Of a DNA stretch of 64,000 nt, positions 45,853-55,948 are shown in pieces. A model generated the notes under the pieces. The model saw nothing but the letters and a program-made list of their open reading frames with translations, was not told the origin of the DNA and did not search any database. Both the position numbers and the translations under genes were made by a program. The stretch is from positions 113,546 through 177,545 of the forward strand of contig JBBTRR010000001.1 of the NCBI GenBank assembly GCA_038065095.1. The letters are read 5' to 3'. Origin of the DNA: Patescibacteria group bacterium (GTDB lineage: Bacteria; Patescibacteriota; Minisyncoccia; JACQLN01). Every line of letters starts with the position of its first letter. Position 1 is the stretch's first letter.

Positions 45853-46470
45853 ATGAATTTTTTCAATAAAAATATAATAGTTAATCATCATTACGTTGAA
45901 GACCCAAGCAAAAATTTAAAAGGGATACATCATTTTCCTATCGACGATTTCGATAAACATATAAGTTTTTTATCGAAAAATCTTAATGTTATTTCTATAC
46001 CAGAGGTTTACCAACCGGCCAATAAGGGAAGTTCCGAAAAGAGTTGTGTAATAACTTTTGATGATTGTTTAAAGGATTAGTGGGACAATGCTCTACCTAT
46101 TCTAGAAAAAAATAACGTCTTAGCTACTTTTATTTGTAAAAATTTGTTTATGTCTGAAAATCATGTTATTTCTTTATATAAAAGGGGTCATACTATAGGT
46201 GGTCATACCCATAAGCACGATGCTCTAGATTCTTTAGAGACTAGTGAGATTAAATCTGATGTTGTTTTAGGTAGAGATAAATTGTTAGAAATTCTAGGTT
46301 TTAAGCCCAACGTATTCTCTTATCCCCACGGCCGTTACAATAAGTCTATTTTAGAAGTTGTAGAAAAAGCAGGATTTACCTATGGTGTAACCACAGAAAG
46401 GAGGGGTTTAAACTCAAAAGAGAATCCAGTAGCTGTTCCAAGGTTTGATGCGACAGATTTGATTATATGA
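45853..46470 (+). pseudogene. Polysaccharide deacetylase paralog interrupted by a single in-frame TAG at 46078-46080
   Basis: VITFDDCLKD-TAG-WDNALPILEKNNVLATF aligns to AITFDDGLKGQYENALPILLNNKVIGTF of the intact paralog. The TAG replaces the Gln codon. The downstream half carries GGHTHKHD and YPHGRY. Confidence 0.6.
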
Positions 46471-46477
46471 GCGAATA

Positions 46478-47854
46478 ATGAAAACAATTTTTATAAGCAT
46501 TCTTCAAGGAGTCGAAGCAAAAAATATATTAAGAACTGATATATATAAAACTCTAATATCCCAACCAGATGTTAGGTTGGTTTTTTTTGTGGGCAGTAAA
46601 GATAAAATTGAATATTACAGTAAGGAATTTTATAATGACAGAATTATCTATGAAGTTGTTCCGAATTTTAGAGTTACAGTAGGAGAAATAATTTTAAGTT
46701 TTTTAAAGTTTAAACTTATCAATACCGAAACTATGGATTTAAGAAGACACATGGCAGCTCGCGATAGTAAATTCCATATAGTGTATTTTCCAATATCATA
46801 TATTTTTAATAGAATTTTTGCTAGATCCTTTGTTAGAAAAATTGTTAGATGGTGTGATATGAGATTTGTTCATAACAATATGTTTAAATTTGTTTTTGAT
46901 AAATATAAACCGGATGCTGTTTTCCTTGCTCATTTATTCGATGATATAGAGGTTGCAATGCTAAAGGAAGCCAAAAGACGCAAAGTTTTTAGCTTTGGGT
47001 TTATAAATTCTTGGGATAAATTAACTACTCGATGCATGATGAGAGCATTACCCAATAAATTATTTGTTTACAATAATATTGTTAAAGAAGAAGCTCATAA
47101 ATTAGGCGATATGAAATTATTGGATATTATTGCTGTGGGTATACCACATTACGATTTTTATTTTAAGGAAAAAGCTAACCCTAAAGAATTTCTTTCGAAA
47201 CATTATGGAATAGACATTTCAAAAGAAATATTATTATATTCGCCTTTAGGTAAATATTTTAGCAATTCAGATTGGGAAGTTATCGATTTAATTCAAGATT
47301 ATATTGTTAAGGGCTCGCTAATTAAGAGTGTGGAGTTACTTGTAAGATTTCAGCCTAATGATTTTCTTGATGAAAAAGAAATTGAAAAGCGACCATGGTT
47401 AAAATATTGTTGGCCTGGTGTAAGGTTTTCTAATAAAAGAGGCGTAGATTGGGATATGAGTAATAATGATCTAAGACATTTACACGATACTTTAGAAAAT
47501 ATATCTATACTTATTTGTTATGCTTCTAGTATAAGTATAGATGCGATTGTTTTTGATAAACCCGTTATAAATATTAATTTTGAAGTTAAAGAAAAACAGA
47601 AACTTTCTAAAACACCTACTTATTTTTACAAGACGAATCATTACCAAAAGGCTTTAAAAACTGGAGGCATAAAGCTTGTAGAAAATAAGGATCAGTTATT
47701 ATTTTGGATAAATAAATACTTATCGGATCCATCCATAGATAAAGACAACAGAAAGAAACTTGTAGAACAGCAATGTTATTTTTTAGATGGACATGCCGGA
47801 GAAAGAATTGGTTTAAATATGCTTTCTTTAATTAATTATGAAATTAGGAATTGA
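46478..47854 (+). CDS. GT-B-fold transferase, paralog family member 3 of 4
   Basis: INSWDKLTTR, VRFQPND, ICYASSISIDAIVFDKPVININFE. Confidence 0.55.
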   Translation: MKTIFISILQGVEAKNILRTDIYKTLISQPDVRLVFFVGSKDKIEYYSKEFYNDRIIYEVVPNFRVTVGEIILSFLKFKLINTETMDLRRHMAARDSKFHIVYFPISYIFNRIFARSFVRKIVRWCDMRFVHNNMFKFVFDKYKPDAVFLAHLFDDIEVAMLKEAKRRKVFSFGFINSWDKLTTRCMMRALPNKLFVYNNIVKEEAHKLGDMKLLDIIAVGIPHYDFYFKEKANPKEFLSKHYGIDISKEILLYSPLGKYFSNSDWEVIDLIQDYIVKGSLIKSVELLVRFQPNDFLDEKEIEKRPWLKYCWPGVRFSNKRGVDWDMSNNDLRHLHDTLENISILICYASSISIDAIVFDKPVININFEVKEKQKLSKTPTYFYKTNHYQKALKTGGIKLVENKDQLLFWINKYLSDPSIDKDNRKKLVEQQCYFLDGHAGERIGLNMLSLINYEIRN

Positions 47855-48158
47855 TATTGTAAAAATAAATAAATTTAAAAAGATTAAAAAAACCGATTTT
47901 TATTTATGGCAGAAAGTTTTTACTAAAAATGAATGGGAATATTCTTTTAAGGATAAACTTTATGCTTGTCATCTAGCTGGTATCTTTGCAGCAAAAGAGG
48001 CAGCTTTTAAGGCTATGGGTTGGACTAATTTTTCTGATTTGGGCAAAATTGAAGTAAGTCATGTAAAGGGTGGTTTGCCTATGTTAAATTTTAAAAAATT
48101 GCATGTCAGTATAAGCCATAGCGATGATACCGCTATAGCCGTAGTAATAGGACAATGA
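47838..48158 (+). CDS. acpS: Holo-[acyl-carrier-protein] synthase (4'-phosphopantetheinyl transferase, AcpS type)
   Basis: MKLGIDIVKINKF, FAAKEAAFKAMG, HVSISHSDDTAIAVV. Confidence 0.75.
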   Translation: MKLGIDIVKINKFKKIKKTDFYLWQKVFTKNEWEYSFKDKLYACHLAGIFAAKEAAFKAMGWTNFSDLGKIEVSHVKGGLPMLNFKKLHVSISHSDDTAIAVVIGQ

Positions 48159-49810
48159 ATTTTATAGATATACAAAAAAAGGTTGGTTTACTATTTGATA
48201 ATTCTGAAACATCTGTTTCGGAATATTTGGCCGTTAATTCAAAAGTTAATGAATTAAATAAAAAAGATATTCCTAGCTATTTTAGAAAGATTAAAAGTGC
48301 TTTTTTGGGTAGTTTTACGCTGCAGGGTTTGCCAGAAATTTTTAGAGTTGAGGGAGTGTTTCATAATTTACTTAGTGATAATTATCTTGCCCCCTACAAT
48401 CAGTTCTCACAACAAATTTTAGATAATACAAGCGATTTATATAAGTTCAATCCCAGTTTAGTTTATTTAATTTTGGATAAAAAAGATATTGTAGATTTGG
48501 GTCATATAAATGATTTAATAAGTAAATTAAAATCTCGTAGCAGTATAAAGAAGGTTATACTTTTTAATTTTGTTGAAGAAGTTTCCAATTGGAACAATAG
48601 TTTATCTAATATGTTTGAAAGTGATAATTTTGTGTCTATATTTGATTTCAATAATTTCTTAAAAGAAATAGGTCATAAAGAATATTGGAATACTAAATAT
48701 GCAGAGTTGGGTGATTTAAGGTTGAGTCCTCAAGCTTTTCCTAAATTGGCTGAAAAAATTTTAAGTTATGCGGTGGCTGAAAGTGGTGGTACTAAAAAAT
48801 GCTTAATGACAGATTTAGATGGTACTTTATGGAATGGTGTTGTTGGCGAAGATGGAGTAGATAATATATCTTTAGATTTAGATTTACAAGATATAATTTT
48901 GCAGTTATATAAAAATGGAATTGTTTTAACTATAAATAGTAAAAATAATTTTCAAGACGCCATGGATGTTTTTGAAAAACATCCTAAGACAGTTTTAAAT
49001 AAAAACCATTTTGCTACTTGGCGTATAAATTGGCAAGATAAATATGTAAATGCTCAAGAAATGGCAAAAGAATTAAATTTGGGTGTTGATAGCTTTGCTT
49101 TTATAGATGACGATCCTTTTCAAAGAAATATGATTAGAGAATTTTTGCCCGAAGTAGCTGTTTTTCATCCGAACAGATTAAAGGATTATATAGGCTTTTC
49201 TTCTTTAGTTATTACAGAGGAAGATAAAAAACGTAGTGAGATGTATGTGCAGGAAAGACAGAGGAATGAACTCAAGACAACCTTAAAGGGCCTGGATGAT
49301 TTTTTGAAAGGGTTGTCGCTTGAGGTTATTGTAAGTGACATGAATAACGCTAATATTTCTAGGATTTCTCAGTTAACGCAAAAAACAAACCAATTTAATT
49401 TAACAACACGTAGATATTCCGAAGAAGAATTAAGGCGTTTTCTAGATAATGGTAAAATACTAGCTATATCAGTAAAAGACAGGTTTGGTGATTATGGTCT
49501 TACAGGTATATGCATGGTTAAGTTTAAAGAGAGCGAGTGGTTTGTAGATAACTTTTTATTAAGTTGTCGCATACTGGGTAGGGGCGTAGAGAATACTTTT
49601 TTGTCTTATATTTGTAACTTGGCTAAAACTGAAGGAGCTAGTAAGGTTATAGGAGAGTTTATTCCAACTGCAAAAAATAAACCATCGGAAAATTTCTTAA
49701 AAGATTTTGAGTTTAATTGTGTTTCAAGTGATGTTGCGAGGATTATTTATGAGGAAAAATTAGATAAAGAATATAGTTATTCTCCGTTTATAAAAATCAA
49801 ACATGAATAA
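48155..49810 (+). CDS. FkbH-like HAD-IIIC phosphatase/acyltransferase-domain protein (glyceryl-ACP forming family)
   Basis: HAD motif I CLMTDLDGTLWNGVVGEDGVDNI, IDDDPFQR, and a C-terminal GNAT-like region (...RILGRGVENTFLSYI...). Confidence 0.6.
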   Translation: MNFIDIQKKVGLLFDNSETSVSEYLAVNSKVNELNKKDIPSYFRKIKSAFLGSFTLQGLPEIFRVEGVFHNLLSDNYLAPYNQFSQQILDNTSDLYKFNPSLVYLILDKKDIVDLGHINDLISKLKSRSSIKKVILFNFVEEVSNWNNSLSNMFESDNFVSIFDFNNFLKEIGHKEYWNTKYAELGDLRLSPQAFPKLAEKILSYAVAESGGTKKCLMTDLDGTLWNGVVGEDGVDNISLDLDLQDIILQLYKNGIVLTINSKNNFQDAMDVFEKHPKTVLNKNHFATWRINWQDKYVNAQEMAKELNLGVDSFAFIDDDPFQRNMIREFLPEVAVFHPNRLKDYIGFSSLVITEEDKKRSEMYVQERQRNELKTTLKGLDDFLKGLSLEVIVSDMNNANISRISQLTQKTNQFNLTTRRYSEEELRRFLDNGKILAISVKDRFGDYGLTGICMVKFKESEWFVDNFLLSCRILGRGVENTFLSYICNLAKTEGASKVIGEFIPTAKNKPSENFLKDFEFNCVSSDVARIIYEEKLDKEYSYSPFIKIKHE

Positions 49811-50033
49811 GCTTTTAAATATTTTAAGCAGAGTACTAGATATTAAAATAGAAGATATAAATGATAATATTGGTCCCGACAACACAGAAGGTTGGGATTC
49901 TTTTAATGGTTTGTTATTAGCCACCGAACTAGAAAAAGAATTTAAAGTTAAATTTACCATGGAAGATATTGTTTCGATTAAAAATGTTGGGGATATAAAA
50001 ACTATTTTAAAAAAACGTGGTTTAAAAATTTAA
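49803..50033 (+). CDS. Acyl carrier protein
   Basis: 76 aa with GWDSFNGLLLATELEKEF; the DS(L/F) phosphopantetheine-attachment serine is in a helix II context. Confidence 0.7.
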   Translation: MNKLLNILSRVLDIKIEDINDNIGPDNTEGWDSFNGLLLATELEKEFKVKFTMEDIVSIKNVGDIKTILKKRGLKI

Positions 50034-50037
50034 TCCT

Positions 50038-50463
50038 ATGAGCTTGAAACCTAACAGTTTGTTATATGAAGAGATAAAAATAGGCGATATTTTTTCTTTC
50101 GAGTATTTTGTAGATGAGTCTACTGTTTTTAAATTTGCTGAACTTACTGGTGATTTCAATCCTCTTCACATGGACGAGTCTTATGCCAAAGAAACTCTAT
50201 TTGGGGGCAGAATTGTTCATGGAATGTTATTAGCCGGATTATTTTCTACGTTGGTAGGAATGCTTTGCCCTGGTGAGCGGGCTTTGTATTTATCACAAGA
50301 TATTAGTTTTAGAAACCCGCTTTTTTTGGGTAAAAAAATAAAAGTAGAAGGGAAAGTTCTTAGTAAGTTCGATGGAATAAATGTTTTAGAAATTAAGACA
50401 TTAATAAAAGATTTAGAAGGGAATATTTTTGTAGATGGATTAGCAAAGATAAAAGTTAGATAA
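50038..50463 (+). CDS. MaoC-like (hot-dog fold) dehydratase
   Basis: FAELTGDFNPLHMDESYAKETLFGGRIVHGML. Confidence 0.75.
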   Translation: MSLKPNSLLYEEIKIGDIFSFEYFVDESTVFKFAELTGDFNPLHMDESYAKETLFGGRIVHGMLLAGLFSTLVGMLCPGERALYLSQDISFRNPLFLGKKIKVEGKVLSKFDGINVLEIKTLIKDLEGNIFVDGLAKIKVR

Positions 50464-50467
50464 TAAA

Positions 50468-51160
50468 ATGTTTAAAGATAAAATAATATTAATATTAGGC
50501 GGTACAGGCAGTATCGGTTCGTCTATAGCTGAAGCTTTCAATGACGAAGGAGCTATCGTTTGCTGTCATGGGCAAACTGGAGGCTATTCGGCTGATTTAA
50601 GAAATAGTACCGAGACGACTCAGCTAATAGAAAAAATTATTGGTAAATACGGGTTTATAGATGTAATCGTTAACTCTGTTAGTAATCTAGCTAATATTGC
50701 TAGTTTCGAAAAGAAAGATTGGGCTGATTTTATTGGCCATTTAGAAATACAGCTTAAATCCTGTGTTGAAACTACAAAATTAGTTTTGCCCTATATGAAA
50801 AAACGGGGTAATGGCAAGATAATAAATATTTTAAGCAGCTATACGATTGGTAGCCCTCCTTCAAGTTTATCTGATTATGTTACAGCTAAGTATGCTTTAT
50901 TAGGATTGACTAAAGCTTTAGCTAAAGAGTTGGGACGGTTTAATATAAATGTAAACGCAGTTTCTCCTAGCTTTATTAAAAATTCTTTTACGAAAAATAT
51001 ACCAGAAAAACTAGATGAGATATTGATTTCACAAACGCCTATGGGGCGACTGACTACAGAAAAAGATGTTGCTAACACTGTTTTATTTTTAGCTTCAGAA
51101 AAGGCCAATTTTATTAGTGGAGAAAACATAGTAGTTTCTGGAGGTAGTGTTATGAACTAA
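50468..51160 (+). CDS. SDR-family 3-oxoacyl-ACP reductase-like (FabG-like)
   Basis: ILILGGTGSIGSSIA, YVTAKYALLGLTKALAKEL (YxxxK), and IVVSGG at the C-terminus. Confidence 0.75.
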   Translation: MFKDKIILILGGTGSIGSSIAEAFNDEGAIVCCHGQTGGYSADLRNSTETTQLIEKIIGKYGFIDVIVNSVSNLANIASFEKKDWADFIGHLEIQLKSCVETTKLVLPYMKKRGNGKIINILSSYTIGSPPSSLSDYVTAKYALLGLTKALAKELGRFNINVNAVSPSFIKNSFTKNIPEKLDEILISQTPMGRLTTEKDVANTVLFLASEKANFISGENIVVSGGSVMN

Positions 51161-51168
51161 ATACTAGG

Positions 51169-52182
51169 ATGAATATATCTCTATACGAAGATAGTGACTT
51201 CAAAATATTTTCTGAATATATAAACAAGTTTTTTAAACCTAACTATATACTTGGTTACAAGGAATATATAAATTGGCAATATGAAAACTCTCTTTACATA
51301 TTAAAGATAGAGAACAGAGTGGCTGGCCATTTTGGTTTTAGAGATATACCTTACAAAATCGGACATAATGTTGAAAATGTTAGAGTTTTGATGAATTTAT
51401 TTGTTGTACCAGGACTTAGAACAATGGGTGCAGGCGCATTTTTGGCTAAAAAAGTTTTTGATACTCCAACCCCCATACTTGTTTCTGGTTATACACCAAT
51501 ATCTCAAAAGCTTTTTTCTTATTTAAGTAAAAGTTGGAAAGAAGCTGGGAATTTTTGTCGTTTTATTAAAATTTTAAATCCCGGAAATAACTTTTTAAAA
51601 AAATATAATATTCCTCATGTTGTTCCCGAGTATAGTAGGGGAAAAAAATATTTAAAAATAAAAAAACAAAAAAATGTTATTATGTTGGAAAGAGCTTGGT
51701 TAGAGGCTAAGGAGAGATATACTGTCACAGTAGAACGAAATCAGGATTATTTAAAATGGCGTTTTTTAGAAAATCCATCTATAGACTATTCGGTATTTAC
51801 TTGTTTTAAAGACGATTCTCCCTGCGGTTTTATTATTGGTAGGATAGAGTCGGATCAGGGTTTTACTATGGCTAGGATCATAGATTTTATAACTGTAGAA
51901 GAAGCAGAAATTCCACTAATAGAAAATTTTGTAAGATGGGCTTATGAGAGTGATTGTGATGCTGTTGATTTTTTATTTTCCGGTAAATTTTATGAAAAAA
52001 GTTTAAAAGAAAGTGGTTTTTTTGATGTTACTGATACAGATTTTGTTAACTTTCCTGTACTTTTTAGTCCGATATCAAATAAAAAAACTTTTATAAATAT
52101 AGCCCACAATTTGGATTTCCCTTTAGATCAGTGTTATTTTAATAAAGCTGATGGGGATCAAGATAGACCTAATCCACATTAA
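51169..52182 (+). CDS. Hypothetical protein (possible acyltransferase, GNAT/FemAB-like fold; weak)
   Basis: 337 aa with no clear motif. It is translationally adjacent to the ACP cassette. Confidence 0.35.
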   Translation: MNISLYEDSDFKIFSEYINKFFKPNYILGYKEYINWQYENSLYILKIENRVAGHFGFRDIPYKIGHNVENVRVLMNLFVVPGLRTMGAGAFLAKKVFDTPTPILVSGYTPISQKLFSYLSKSWKEAGNFCRFIKILNPGNNFLKKYNIPHVVPEYSRGKKYLKIKKQKNVIMLERAWLEAKERYTVTVERNQDYLKWRFLENPSIDYSVFTCFKDDSPCGFIIGRIESDQGFTMARIIDFITVEEAEIPLIENFVRWAYESDCDAVDFLFSGKFYEKSLKESGFFDVTDTDFVNFPVLFSPISNKKTFINIAHNLDFPLDQCYFNKADGDQDRPNPH

Positions 52183-52209
52183 TTGATATATCAGATATTT
52201 ATAAAAGTT

Positions 52210-53187
52210 ATGAAGAAAAAAGCATTAGATGAGTTTCCTTATGGCGAGGCCGAGTTAGAAAATATCCCCTGTAATTTATGTGGGTCGCTAGATCATAAAA
52301 TACTGGCTAAGCGTGACCGCAACAATATCGAGATTAGCACGGTTATATGTAAGAGATGTGGTCTGATCTTTTTAAATCCAAGGATGACACGTACTTGGTA
52401 TCAAAAATATTATCAATTTGAATACCGCAGACAAGTTGAATCTTACGGCTCTAAGGAATCGGCTAGTTTGGACGATCTTTTTGATTGGTCTAAAAAACAC
52501 GGCCGATTTTTGAGCACTCTACTGGGTCAATATTTAGTTTCCGGCGGTCTTACAATTGAAGCTGGTTCTAGTGTTGGAGGAATTTTGAAGGGTTTAAACC
52601 CTTTTTTAAAGGGAGAGGTTATTGGTATAGAGCCTTCTAAATTGGAAGCAGAGTATGCTATAAGAAATGGAATCCCAACTTTGCCTGTTTTTTTTGAAGA
52701 TATTGGAACTAATGATATAGGTAAATTAAAAGGAGCAACTAATATTTTTTGTGTTCAGACCTTAAATCATCTTCAAGACCCTAAAGGTTTTTTTGACTGG
52801 GCTTACAATTCTTTAGTCGACAATGGGCGATTAGTTTTGGAGGTGAAGAATTTTAGACACCATGCTAAAAAAGTAGGTAATCTTCGCCAAGCTATTCAAA
52901 TAGACCATACTTACATGTTTTTACCGGAGACTTTAGAAAATTTTATAAAGGCTTGTGGATTTGAAATTATATTTAAGGATATAGATGAATATAAAAGCAA
53001 GAAAGAACTAGAGAATCAGGGGAAGCCCGATAGTCATATGCGTTTTGTGGCTGTTAAATCCGAGCGAGGTAAATACAAAATTTCTTATGATTATAAAAAA
53101 ATTAAAAAAACAATCAATTTTTTAAAGATTTATCTTAATTGTTTTTTTAATTATCGCTTACCTAGAAAAGTTAAATCGTTACTATAA
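52210..53187 (+). CDS. SAM-dependent methyltransferase with an N-terminal Cys4 zinc ribbon; paralog of 43610-44506
   Basis: CNLCGS...CKRCGLIFLNP and IEAGSSVGGILKGL. The ORF could start at 52183. Confidence 0.65.
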   Translation: MKKKALDEFPYGEAELENIPCNLCGSLDHKILAKRDRNNIEISTVICKRCGLIFLNPRMTRTWYQKYYQFEYRRQVESYGSKESASLDDLFDWSKKHGRFLSTLLGQYLVSGGLTIEAGSSVGGILKGLNPFLKGEVIGIEPSKLEAEYAIRNGIPTLPVFFEDIGTNDIGKLKGATNIFCVQTLNHLQDPKGFFDWAYNSLVDNGRLVLEVKNFRHHAKKVGNLRQAIQIDHTYMFLPETLENFIKACGFEIIFKDIDEYKSKKELENQGKPDSHMRFVAVKSERGKYKISYDYKKIKKTINFLKIYLNCFFNYRLPRKVKSLL

Positions 53188-53192
53188 AAAAT

Positions 53193-54113
53193 ATGGAAAA
53201 AAATTCAACTAAGCTTATGATATCTGTTATATTTCCAACCTATAACGAAGAGGGTAATGTAGGAGAACTTCATAAATTAAATAAAGAAACTTTAGATAAA
53301 ATTGGTTTACCTTATGAAATAATAATCGTAGATAATGGATCTAAAGATAATACTCTCGCTATTTTAAAGGGGCTTTCTCCTATTAAAATTATATCTTTGA
53401 CCAAAAACTTTGGACAAACAGCTGCATTGGAAATTGGGATTAATTCTGCTAAGGGAGACATGATTGTAATTATGGATGGTGATATGCAAAATGATCCGCG
53501 CGATATTCCCAAGTTACTATCAAAATTAGAAGAAGGCTATGATGTTGTTTCGGGTTGGAGAAAAGATAGGCACGATAATTTTATTAGAAAGGCTCATTCA
53601 TATTTAGCTAACTGGCTTACCAGAAAAATTTCTGGCCTCAACCTTCGTGATCATGCTTGTGCTTTAAAAATTTATCGAAAAGAGTTTTTAAAACAAATAA
53701 GATTATACGGTGTTCAGCATGTTTTTCTAGCGGCTCAAGTTTATGGATTTGGTGCTCGCATTGCAGAAGTAGAAGTTGTACATCATGCTAGAAAACACGG
53801 TTTATCCAAGCATCATTTTTTTGCTGGTATTAAGGCCATAGCAGATTTAATAATGGTCAGATTTTTGTCTCCCGATACTAGACCTTTTGTTTTTTTTGCT
53901 GGTTGCGGTTTTTGGATATGGTTTTTAGGTATCGTAAATGCAGTATTGGGTGCTATCTATGGAAGCCGTGGTTTTATTATAGTCGCTCTGATTTTAACTG
54001 GTTTAGGCTTTCTTTTATTTGTTTTGGGGTTTATGTCGGAGCTTTTAAGAAGAATTTATCTTGAATTAAGATCAGAAAGGCCAATCTTGGTAAAAGAAAT
54101 AATTGAACAATGA
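53193..54113 (+). CDS. GT2 polyprenyl-phosphate sugar synthase (ArnC/DPM1/GtrB-like), paralog 2
   Basis: ISVIFPTYNEEGNV, IIIVDNGSKD, IVIMDGDMQNDP, and C-terminal TM helices. It overlaps the downstream GT-C by 4 nt. Confidence 0.8.
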   Translation: MEKNSTKLMISVIFPTYNEEGNVGELHKLNKETLDKIGLPYEIIIVDNGSKDNTLAILKGLSPIKIISLTKNFGQTAALEIGINSAKGDMIVIMDGDMQNDPRDIPKLLSKLEEGYDVVSGWRKDRHDNFIRKAHSYLANWLTRKISGLNLRDHACALKIYRKEFLKQIRLYGVQHVFLAAQVYGFGARIAEVEVVHHARKHGLSKHHFFAGIKAIADLIMVRFLSPDTRPFVFFAGCGFWIWFLGIVNAVLGAIYGSRGFIIVALILTGLGFLLFVLGFMSELLRRIYLELRSERPILVKEIIEQ

Positions 54114-55948
54114 ATTTAATTAAAAAGTACTGGCTCATTGTTATGTTGTTGGCTCTTTTAGTTGGTGTTTTATATATCGCACCCCAAATCATAATTAAAA
54201 TGAGAGTAGAGGGTTTGGGACATAAATTTATTTTATTTCAATTCATTGAGTTGGCTGACGGTGGCGATGCTTATTTTCAATTTGCTAGAGAGATTTATGA
54301 AGGTCATTTTCCTCCTGGAGATTTATTCTCTGACAAAAATTTACCGAATATTTATCCTTGGTTACCCCCGCTTTTTTTTGGTTTTTTAATTAAAATTCTT
54401 AAAGATATAAATTTAGCCTATATAGCTGCTAATTTTATTTTTCCAGCACTTTTTTTTACATTATTCTATTTTTTAGGGCAGGTTATTTTTAAAAAAAATA
54501 AATTATGGTCTTTATTTCTTGCTTTGGTGGCTGTCTTAACCCCGATGCCGCTTTTGGCAGACAGAATGTTTTTTAGTTTTAAATTATTTGGTGATATTTT
54601 TTTAAAAAATTTTTATCCTGAAGTTAAGACTATCTTGCCTACTCTTTACTTTTCTAGAGCTGATTATCCTCTTCTTACTCACATTTTTTATTTGCCAGCT
54701 ATAATCACTCTCTTTATTTTTTGGCGTAGACCTGGGTTTAAAACGGCGATGTTGGCTGGTTTTACAGGAGGATTATTAGCTTACGTTTATTTTCATAAGT
54801 GGGTATATTGGATGGTTGTGTTAGGTTTCCTTTTTTTATTATCTATATTTTTTCTAAAAAAAGAAACCAAAAGATTACAACTTTTTTTAGTTTTAGGTTT
54901 TACCACCATCTTAACTAGTATTCCTTATTTTATAAATTATTTTAGATTAGCCAGCTTCAATGGTTCTAAGGATTTAATACAAAGATTATCTCTTGAAGTG
55001 GGGAGGTCGGTAAATTTATCTGTTTGGCCTCAATATATAATTTATTTTTCTTTGGCGGTATTAGTTTATTTGATTTATTTTAAAAAAGATTTACCATTAA
55101 CCATTTTGTATTGGTCGTTTTTATTAGCAGCTTTTTTTGTTTGGAATATTCAGGTTATAATCGGTTTTGTTCCGCACTCCGATCACTGGCCAAGGGCAAT
55201 AAATCCCTTGATTTTTTTAGTTATTTTTGATTTGGCTTATAATTTAGTCCAAAGAATAATAAAGCGAGTGCCCACATTAAACAGGGTCTTTATTTTTAGC
55301 ATGGTTTTATTGATGGTTTTATTGGTCTTTAAAAAAACGATAAACGCAGTTAAATTTTTAGAAGTCCCAAATGATCAAATAATTTCTAACTATACACTAC
55401 CAGAGAGTGTTTTAGATTCTTATTCTTGGATTGAAAAAAACTATAGCGAACCTATTGTGATTTCGCCTTCTTTTATATCATCTATTTATCTTTCTGCTTT
55501 TACTTCTAGTCGTCCTTTTTTGCCATGGGGTGGCGTTAGTCCTATGTCTAATTACTCTTTAGAAGAGTTATTTTTGAAATCTAATAAGAATTTTTATATA
55601 CCAAAAAACATTTTTACAGAAAGGCTCGAGAAAAATGGTTTGCCGTGTACTAAAAAATGTAATTTGCTCTATGTTAATGCAAATTTTAAAGACACTAGAC
55701 TTTATTTATATCAACTTTATTTTATGGATAAAAATAATACGCAAAATAGAGATATTCCTGCATATAAAATCGAAGAATTATCTCAACGTTATGATAAACT
55801 AGAAACCAGTTGGAAAAAAACAGGGGCTGATTTGGTATATCTTGGTCCATGGGAGAATATTTTTAATGGTTCTATTTTAAAAAATGATAAAGATCTATCT
55901 CTTGTTTATTCTAATAAAGAAGTGGAGATTTATAAAATTATAAAATGA
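54110..55948 (+). CDS. GT-C fold membrane glycosyltransferase (ArnT/PMT-like; polyprenyl-P-sugar dependent), intact 612-aa copy
   Basis: About 12-13 TM helices. Loop-1 motif ADGGDAYFQFAREIYEGHFPPGD. C-terminal periplasmic domain. Translationally coupled to the upstream GT2. Confidence 0.65.
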   Translation: MNLIKKYWLIVMLLALLVGVLYIAPQIIIKMRVEGLGHKFILFQFIELADGGDAYFQFAREIYEGHFPPGDLFSDKNLPNIYPWLPPLFFGFLIKILKDINLAYIAANFIFPALFFTLFYFLGQVIFKKNKLWSLFLALVAVLTPMPLLADRMFFSFKLFGDIFLKNFYPEVKTILPTLYFSRADYPLLTHIFYLPAIITLFIFWRRPGFKTAMLAGFTGGLLAYVYFHKWVYWMVVLGFLFLLSIFFLKKETKRLQLFLVLGFTTILTSIPYFINYFRLASFNGSKDLIQRLSLEVGRSVNLSVWPQYIIYFSLAVLVYLIYFKKDLPLTILYWSFLLAAFFVWNIQVIIGFVPHSDHWPRAINPLIFLVIFDLAYNLVQRIIKRVPTLNRVFIFSMVLLMVLLVFKKTINAVKFLEVPNDQIISNYTLPESVLDSYSWIEKNYSEPIVISPSFISSIYLSAFTSSRPFLPWGGVSPMSNYSLEELFLKSNKNFYIPKNIFTERLEKNGLPCTKKCNLLYVNANFKDTRLYLYQLYFMDKNNTQNRDIPAYKIEELSQRYDKLETSWKKTGADLVYLGPWENIFNGSILKNDKDLSLVYSNKEVEIYKIIK

